Below are positions 11,040 through 20,000 of a DNA stretch of 20,000 bases, in pieces. The DNA lies in contig JBFLGF010000107.1 of assembly GCA_050230475.1 (NCBI GenBank), forward strand, positions 44,456-64,455. The letters are read 5' to 3'. Made by a program: the position numbers and the translations under genes. Within the stretch, counting starts at the first letter, position 1. The number at the start of each line of letters is the position of its first letter. Under the pieces are notes generated by a model that searched no databases, was not told the DNA's origin, and was given only the letters and a program-made list of their open reading frames with translations. The DNA comes from Ancylonema sp. Its lineage: Eukaryota.

Positions 11040-13297
11040 AGTCGTCTTGACACCAACTCCTTTTCTGGCGAGGTGCCATCCTCTCTGGCCTCCCTGTCCG
11101 CCCTCACCCGCCTCACCCTCTTCAACAACTCGCTCACAGGGGCCTTCCCCACTGGACTCCACAAGTTCAGTGCCTTTGCGTATGGCAACCCCTCCCTCTG
11201 CCTCTCTTCTTCTTGCACCTGCAGCGGCACTGCAGTACGCATCTGCTACTGCAGCGGGGGAGGGCAGGGAAGTCAAACATGCAACGCTGCGGGGATTTTT
11301 ACCCCATGTTCCTGCGGCACATGTGGGTGGGGGGGGGGCAAGTAGTGGAGGGGAAGGTTGCGGGGTTGTGCCTGACTGGGTCCTGGTTGTCCTTGTTCAG
11401 ATCACCTTCCTGGCAGCACCAGGAGTGGTCCCTCTGGGGCCATTTCTGGCACCACTCTTGCCCTCACCGTGGTTGGGGCGGTGGTGGGAACGCTACTCCT
11501 CGTATTCTTTTTTGCCATCCTGGCAATACGATACTCTAACATGAAGAGGGGGGGCAGCGGGTGGGACCGTTCCAAATATTACATCAAAACATCGTCAGTC
11601 CTCCCTCTCAAAACTGGAAACCGTATTCTGCAAACTGCAACTGGCTGTTCACCATGGCCCCCCCCCCCCCCCTCCCCCCGGTCAGACTGTCGGCAGAGGC
11701 TCCCCCCCCCGACCCGGACCCCTCCCCTTCTGCCCCTGAGGGCAAGACCCCTCGTCGCCAAGGCACACCGGGTGCCCCTCGCCGCCTCACGGCCATGGCC
11801 AAGGCACGCAGCGGGGGGAGGGCACAAAGCCAGCAACCAACCAGTGAGAACAAGGCCACACATGCCACTCTCACCCTGCCACCTGGCACACTCCGTCTCA
11901 CTCTCTGGGGTGTGGGTGCAGGGGGGGATCTGGAGGAAGAGGAGGAGGAGGCCGTGGAGGGCGGTGAGTGGTTGGAGGTGGAGGGCGAGGTGCATCGATT
12001 CACTTTCGACTCTCTTCGCCGCGCCACGGACGACTTCGACGCGGAGAACGTGCTGGGTGCGGACGGCCTCTGCCGCGTGTACCGTGCCGTGTTGGCGAAC
12101 GGACAGGTGGCGGCTGTGAAGGAGATTGAGTTTGTGGGCAACGGGTTGGGCACCACAAGGGCGGAGTTCGTGGCGGCGGTGGGGGTGGTGGGTCAGGCAC
12201 AGCACCCCAGCCTTGTGCACCTCCTCGGCTTCTGTTGTGAGGAGGACAGCCGACTGTTGGTCAACGAGTTTGTGCCCAACGGGAGCTTGGAACTGCAGCT
12301 GCACGGTGAGAAGAATCAAGGGAGAAGGGAACAGGAGGTTGGGGGGGAATCCACATGCCCAATGCTTACTTCTTTGTTGGTGGATTGTGTTTCAGGTTTA
12401 GAGATGGAGGCAGTTCTGGACTGGAACAGCCGCATGCACATCGCATTGGGTGCAGCGAGGGGCCTCGCCTTCCTTCACTCCCTTCACCCCCTCCTCGTTC
12501 ACGGGGAGGTGCGGTCGAGCAACACAATGTTGGACGAACAGGGGAACGCAAAGTTGGGCGACTTTGGTCTCGGCCTGCTCACGGGACGCACTTCCGGCGG
12601 CGGATCCTCCTCCTCCACCTCCCACATGGCACTGGCTGCTGGATGCGTGGCGCCCGAGTTGGCCTACTCGACTGACCTCAGCTGTGCGACAGATGTGTAT
12701 GCGTTCGGGGTTCTGCTGCTGGAGCTCATCACGGGGCGTCGCCCTCTGGACCCCAAGCGTCCTCCCCACGAGCAGGCTCTCGTGAGATGGGCTCGGCCAC
12801 GACTGACAGAGAGGAACCGCGTGGAGGGGTTGGTGGACTGGAAGGTGGGGGGGCTGTACTCCTCCCCCGCCCTCTACCAGCTGGCGCTTCTTGGGTGGCA
12901 GTGCATCCAGGTGGACCCGGACAGCCGCCCGGACATGACGCAAGTGGTGGAGGTGCTGGAAAAAGTGCAGAACCTGCCTCTAGACGCGGTAAGTATATGA
13001 ATATGTAAGTGTGTATGTGTGTATGCATGTGAGTATTTATGACTATCACTATATCATACATGTATGTCTACATGTATGTATGTTTGTTACGTACATACAA
13101 TATGAATGCATGTATGTATTTATGTGGGTATGTTTGTACGTATTTACATGTTTGTATGTATGTCTATGTGTACATTTGTGATGCCCTCTGAGATATGTAC
13201 TTGTTTGAGACTGTATACTATAAGTGTGTTTGCGTGCAAAGTGTGATGCCTAATACCGTAGAGCATCCCTGGAGGCTGTCCAGGGCGGCGGTGTTGA
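9337..13297 (+). CDS. LRR receptor-like kinase, STRUBBELIG-receptor-family (LRR-V)-like, probable pseudokinase
   Basis: GT-AG exons assembled in frame: 9337-9436 (signal peptide), 10000-10207 (LRR N-cap VAALRALYTALQSPTALSTWTGDPCASQWVGVTC), 10298-10369, 10492-10557, 10661-10801, 10879-10950, 11042-11322 (about 8 plant LRRs in total, phase-2 introns), 11401-11560 (TM VVGAVVGTLLLVFFFAILAI), 11686-11843, 11922-12305, 12396-12988 (kinase: AVK, DFG, APE, ITGRRPLDPKRPPHEQALVRWA). The last exon is uncertain: 13262-13297 if GTAAGT at 12989 is used, otherwise the stop is at 13000. Confidence 0.9.
10561..10628 (+). other. G-tract-rich intron segment (G-quadruplex-forming potential)
   Basis: About ten runs of three or more G separated by 1-3 nt in RLK intron 4. 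Confidence 0.6.
12994..13175. repeat. Degenerate (TATG)n low-complexity tract in the presumed last RLK intron
   Basis: Repeated TATG/TGTA/CATA units read directly. Confidence 0.75.
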
Positions 13298-13502
13298 CCC
13301 CAACGCTGTGGAGGAGCAGCGTCTTCACGACTTCCTCTCCGTCCACGTAGCAGAGGANATCCGCGCACCGCCAGGCTTTCCTGTGAGTACTGCCTGTGCA
13401 AAGTGATCCCGTTGCTGCACCGTCCGAATCTGATTTTCTGCTCTGGGTATGCCCCCTTGAGCTGCAGACTTCGACCGAGGAGTTTTCTTCTTCGTCGTCA
13501 AG

Positions 13503-15687
13503 ATGGTGGCCCAAAAGAAGACGGTACAGATTTTCTGCTCCGCAGACTGTGCTGGCTCACGGACCAGTAGATCTTATGTATGTCTGGATTTTTTATGGCC
13601 GAATTTCACAGAAGAAGGCCCAGGAGAGCATTAACAACAGGCTCACCCTGGTGATGAAGAGTGGAAAGTACACCCTGGGCTACAAAACTTGCCTCCAGTC
13701 TCTGCGCGGTGGCAAATGTAAGTTGTTAACCTCACACCATACGTAGCAAGAACCTAATGCGAAGAGTCATCTACCCGCCATACCAGCCCTATAAACTAAC
13801 CCCTTCCCCGCCCCTCACACATTGGGGCAGTATACTGATACGCTTGAAATACTACTAACCCAGTCAATCATATATTTCTGACATCGGGCTGGCGATCTTT
13901 GAAGGCATACATGCGTGTTGTGTGGCATACAATACCACCGTATCATTCCACTACGGAAGCACATTCGAACCCCCATCACGCAGTCTGAATGTCGGCATTT
14001 GTGGTACTAAAAAATTGAAGTGCCAATCGTGCTTAAAATGCTATCCCGCGCCCTGCGCCTCCCGCCCCCGCCCCTATCGCCACCTTGGCAGCCAAGCTCG
14101 TGATCATCTGCAACAACTGCCCTCCGCTGCGAAAGTCAGAGATTGAATACTACGCCATGCTCTCCAAAACCGGCGTCCACCACTACACCGGAAGTGAGCG
14201 CCTCTCCGTGCCTGATAACGGTTACCTCATCACGGTTAACGGTTACCTCATCACGGTCAATGGTTCCTTCATCACGGTCAACGGTTACATTATCACGGTC
14301 AACGGTTACTTCATCACGGTTAACGGTTACCTCATCACGGTTAAGGGTTACTACATTATAGTATCGTCATCACGGGCACCTAAAAACCGTTACTCGTCAG
14401 GGATTTGCACGTGTATTTGAAGACAATTGTCCGATGTGGTACATTTGGTTGCATCAGTGGCCATTAGGGGTACAATAATAGAAGTGGATTCTGAACTGGG
14501 GGAGTGTTGAACTTGGGAGTCCTTTATGCCAGGGCTCTTGTCCTGCCTTGGATGCGGCTTGTGGCTTACTGAAAATAATGGGTACATCAAATAGCATGCC
14601 TTGTGTATATGATTAGAGAGACTGTGTGAGAATTTAGAGCACTTGCATTTTGGGAGGGCAAAGGGGCCAATATGCGAACTTGATCTATGTAGTTCACATC
14701 CGAGTGGGGTGGAGGGAACAACTCGTTGTAACGGGGTGCTCCCGATGTACACAGCATGCCCACAACATGTATCATAGTCGCCCGGATTCATTTCTCTTTT
14801 TTATCCGGACATCAGAAAAGGGGACGGAGGAAAACTAGTGTGCTCTACAATTAAGGAGGGATGGGGTGCATTTACGGGGTACGGGTGTGAGGTACGGATA
14901 CGAGGTACGGATAATGAGTACATTCTGAGCGTCAGAGTGGTGGGTCCCGCTCGGGTTTTTTCAGACAACGTGGATCTGGGCACCGCCTGCGGGAAGTACT
15001 TCCGGGTATCCACCATCAGCATCACAGACCCAGGTGGGGCCCACACCTCCTCTACTGGAATCTCCTGTGAGGGACTGGGATCGAGTAGGAGGAAGTGTTG
15101 TGACAAGAGAGTTTGTGTTCGAGGGGGGATGGTGGGGGGGGAGGGAAGGGGGATACTTGGAGGGGCGGGGGGAGGTTGGGGTGTGTGCGGTTGGGGGGAG
15201 GGTGGCTCTCTTCGTATGTGCTGCTGAGCTGGCAGGTTGGGGGTGATTTAAAGGGAGAGATGTGAACGGAGTGTGAAGGAAAAGGCGGTGGGAAAGAAAC
15301 CCGTTTGGTACTGTATTGTCACAGATTGAGATCCTACTATGGGGGCTGGTTATTGTATTGGCAGGGGGGAAGGGTAGTAATTATTCTTGAGGGTGGTTTC
15401 GGGCAGATTAGTGTAAACATAGAGGGTGTCACTCGCGGGGACTCTGTATGAGAAGCTGAAATAGGTAATGAGTGCGTTCAATATGAGGGGATGCCTGTGA
15501 ACGGATCACGGAAAGTGGATTCGAGTTTTGGAGGTGCTTTTCTTTTCTATGGACAAAAGGGTTGCGGGTAAGAATCTCAACTTCTATCATATTATTATAT
15601 GTTATTATATTTTATTTTTATTTTGGGGGGTCTGTCTGTATGGGTGCAGGGGACTCTGATATCATCCGATCAATGCCAACTGAGTAA
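13503..15687 (+). CDS. RPL30: 60S ribosomal protein L30 (eL30), 5 coding exons, 111 aa
   Basis: Exons 13503-13523, 13612-13717, 14092-14193, 14965-15033 and 15650-15687 (336 nt, all GT-AG) give [111 protein letters not shown], a typical plant eL30. Confidence 0.97.
14217..14363 (+). repeat. 21-bp minisatellite (AACGGTTACCTCATCACGGTY), 6 copies plus 1 degenerate, in RPL30 intron 3
   Basis: Units start at 14217, 14238, 14259, 14280, 14301, 14322 and 14343. Confidence 0.95.
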
Positions 15688-15971
15688 ATAGATGGAATGT
15701 GGATTGTGAGTTGGGTTGTAAGACAAGTCATTTTCCGTTGTTGTGCTCGGAACACCTATTTACCCTCACCAAAATGTACGGATATTCTGCCCGGTTACCC
15801 TACTTATGCGCTCATTTTACGTTTATGCGCTCAAGCGCTCATCATGCGCTCTTATACGCATGAGCGCATGAGCGCAAGGGCTGCCACTGTGCTCGCCGAT
15901 CCCTAAGTGAAAGGAACGCTAGCGGAGTCAGGGTGAAGGGCGATTTGAGTGGAAAGGGAGGCTATCATACC

Positions 15972-16980
<1,009 letters not shown>

Positions 16981-17200
16981 ACCATACCTCATGCTTCGTG
17001 TCGTTGATGTGGCAATATCGCCATCCAATTCTTTTTTACGACAAGTTTTGAACGACCAAATAAACAGCCGGCACTCGATTTGACGATTGCCTGTTGATAA
17101 GGATTCCCTAATATTTATTACCTGGGTTTTCGCCCCACTCGAAGATAAGTAGTCAATCAGTGGCAACCTAAATATGGCGGGTCCGGTATATTTATCACTA

Positions 17201-17540
17201 TACAGTAAACCCTTGATATAAAGACACTCGATACAAATGACAATCACGATACAGTGACATTTTTTTTGCCCTTTTTCCTATCCTATGTAAAAACCCACAT
17301 GATAGAGTGACAATCACTATAGTGACACACGTTTTAGTGACCAAAAATTCGCATATGTTACTATTGAGATGGCACTATACAATGAAACTTGTCTAAATTA
17401 ACGCTGTCCAAATTAATACCCCCTCAAATCTAATAGATACTCTTCCGCTCAATTTCGGGTTTACAACCAAAATCTGACGTGTAAATTTATGACTTCTCTA
17501 AATTAATAGTATTTGCCGGTCTTGACATTATTTCTTTAGA
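17201..17540. mobile_element. pogo/Tc1-mariner-like MITE end remnants
   Basis: TA+CAGTAAACCCTTGATATAA at 17201 and TA+CAATGAAACTTGTCTAAATTAA at ~17357 resemble pogo-type TIRs (CAGTAAAACCTC...). Internal (G/C)ATA(C/G/T)AGTGACA-like repeats. Partner TIRs were not found. Confidence 0.5.
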
Positions 17541-18059
17541 ATAAGAGAGATGCGCTTTATTAAAGCACGATGGGAGCCCCATCTAAGCAAAAGACAGCCG
17601 TTATTTCACCACCCTAGCAGAACGGAAGAAGGAAAGCAAACCCAACCCTAAAACAACCGAGCAACAATCCTTAACTCTGTTGACGACAATGACACCCGCA
17701 GAGGGGGGATGGGTAACAGAGCCATACCCTCCTCCAATCGCAATGTCCTAGCATGGATTGCATGTGCTAGAGAACGTTGTAACGCAACAGAAACTCTGTG
17801 CCGTAACTAAGTAACTAGTAAACTAACATTTTACCCCGATCGCCCATTCATCTGCGCCGCACAGTGAGCACAATCAACCAACTTGGTCCCCGCCACGCGA
17901 TCACAATAATGTGTTTCTTTATAATGGAATTTTTGTAGCGAGTAGAAATTATATTAAACGCCGGTTGGATAACCTACCACCTCAAATAACATCCGTTGCG
18001 CACCCGATCTGATAGCTCAAAAGTACATAAATGTCACTATCCTTCGATACAAAGTGCTC

Positions 18060-18480
18060 CCTCGATATAAGCACCATCTTTATGAAGACAACCTCGATAT
18101 AAGGGCAGATTTTTCGAACTTTCTTAAAATCAATACAAAATCTCTCTCGATATAAGCATAACGACACTTTGTATATATATATATATAAAAAACAGAAATT
18201 TGTTAGTGAATGTCCTTATATTGTGTATAGAACGTTGTTTTTCGTATATAACGATGTATGGAAATCGAGAAAAATATCGAATCCAAAAATAAAATACAAA
18301 ATAAGACAAAATAACGTCGACGCAAGTGATGTAAGTTATGGGTGCAAACTAATATTCAAGGTTTTTATGCAACTCAGGGTCGAATCATGTCGATATAAGT
18401 ATGTGTGTCCGTTTGTTATACCATATTGAAAGTTGCTGGTGACCATCTTTTGATCCATTTTAAATAATGGGAATGTACAC
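18060..18480 (+). repeat. Dispersed repeat, copy 2 (homologous to 1360-1760), with CTCGATATAAG subrepeats
   Basis: Shares the blocks listed for copy 1. CTCGATATAAG occurs at 18061, 18093 and 18146. Confidence 0.85.
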
Positions 18481-19902
18481 AAGGATTTGGACAAATCTGG
18501 TTTGTTGGAATGTATACGAGTAGCGTATTTCGTTTGCGGTTCACAATTTGGAACTTATGTAATTCTCTTTACGGGAAGTATTGGTTTGTCTTGCCTTTCA
18601 ACAATTGACCATATTGTTTAGCAGTGCTTACTCCATGTCCAACAAAACATGTGATGGCTTTGTTGCTTAGAACGACCTTAATACTCCCCAACTCTCCACG
18701 TAAAGTTGGATAATTATATTTTCCTAGTCGCAATGTATTGGTCTCATTATGCACTTGTATAGCTTGCATCACAACACCCACGCTGAATTGGATGATGATG
18801 CCAAGGCAACTTACTCTAGGCAACATGTGAACACCATACCGTAGCGGCGAGAGATAATGCGCCAGAAAATAATTACCATAGTGCCTGGCGCACACGTTTT
18901 TGGCGTATACTATATTAACTAGTTTGACAACGCTGGATCACCGTTTTGGCGCAAATAAATAATTAAACTTGACGAAATTGTGGCGCAATAATATAAATAG
19001 TTGAAATTTTAAGTCCACATCGATGACATAATTTCAAGATGTACTATGGCGAGAGGTGCTTGTAATCATGATCTGTTCCACGCCACGGGCTCTGAGTTGC
19101 ACAACTTCGGGCTCGTGTACGAAAAGCGGTCTTGGGCCCATTTTTGGAGGCCGCTAGAATTGAGGAGCCCAAACCCACGGGTTGAGGGCTCCCTCAAGCA
19201 CTGTATGTGACTCATCAACGAAGTTTGCCGTAGCTACTACTCGCCAAAAGGTGAGATGCACTCAACGCAAAGTATTGGGTAGTCTAGTAATCGGGTAGTC
19301 TAGGAATTGCTAATCATAGCACTTCACAATACACGAGAGCTACTGGTGATGGGATTCATGGCAAATAGCTATCGAATTTCCACAAGGGTTGCAAAATGAT
19401 TGGTGATTGGTTGGTTCAAAACACGCAAACAATAATTGTCACGATCATCAAGCGTTGCGGTGAATGAACAATTCACGGATTAAGTAACGGGTGTAGACAA
19501 TTCACAGGGTGAATTGTCTGGCGGAGCTTGTTACGATTTTAAACGTCATCAAAACGGCTAGCAATCAACGACTCCGAGCGCGAGTCACTAATCGGACACC
19601 GAGCGCGAGTCACTAATTTATGATGCATTTGGCTAGCTCGGTGACTGACTAGTTGACTCGTTCAAACATGTGCAACGTAACTCCCTGACAAATTTATGTT
19701 TTCGTATTTTTACGCATGCAAGAAAGCTCAAGCACAAGAGGCGAGGCATACCAACGTTCTGCGGAGCTACTCTTAGCCAAAAAACGCAATCGTAAATTGA
19801 GCGGTTGGCTAAGTTGCAGTCGCAAACATTTCTCCGTTTGGTCTGAGTTATCCTTGATGCTACTAGAAGCTAGAAAGAATCTCGAAGCTTGAAGATCTCG
19901 AG

Positions 19903-19903
19903 A

Positions 19904-20000
<97 letters not shown>
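19903..20000. repeat. (GC)n followed by (AG)n microsatellite, running off the window
   Basis: Read directly from the sequence. Confidence 0.97.

Noticed and set aside
11561..13000. 479-aa ORF as a stand-alone kinase gene
   Set aside because: It starts at an intron donor and reads through introns. It is the 3' part of the spliced LRR-RLK.
10077..13061. Many overlapping antisense or alternative-frame ORFs
   Set aside because: Shadow ORFs of GC-rich coding exons with no recognisable motifs.
13262..13505. In-frame RLK-RPL30 fusion protein
   Set aside because: The frames tested either stop before 13383 or enter RPL30 out of frame.
14217..14363. CRISPR-like array
   Set aside because: Head-to-tail 21-mers without unique spacers, in a eukaryotic intron, with no cas genes.
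14510..14640. H/ACA snoRNA in RPL30 intron 3
   Set aside because: One hairpin and an ANANNA-like box are present, but the second hairpin is weak and there is no well-placed ACA box. A snoRNA scan would be needed.
18569..18895. 108-aa minus-strand ORF (and short ORFs at 508-729 and 1817-2398)
   Set aside because: No recognisable domain or splice-supported gene structure.

Overview
Eukaryotic, intron-rich DNA of a green plant. A streptophyte/charophyte alga is likely, inferred from the gene content and the G/C-tract introns. Left half: a decayed minus-strand Ty3/Gypsy-type retroelement (~2770-7384). It encodes Gag with a CCHC zinc knuckle, a retropepsin protease and, directly after it, a C5-cytosine DNA-methyltransferase-like (DNMT) domain whose catalytic motifs are substituted. 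No reverse transcriptase, RNase H or integrase is visible. Middle: a plus-strand STRUBBELIG/SRF-like (LRR-V) receptor kinase with pseudokinase features and an unusual Cys-rich ectodomain module (9337-~13297). About 200 bp downstream lies a 5-exon RPL30 gene (13503-15687). Two non-autonomous hAT-type elements with TIRs and 8-bp TSDs flank this gene pair (8101-9049 and 15972-16980). Pogo-like MITE remnants, a dispersed repeat and microsatellites fill the rest. All protein family calls come from manual translation and motif recognition, not database searches.
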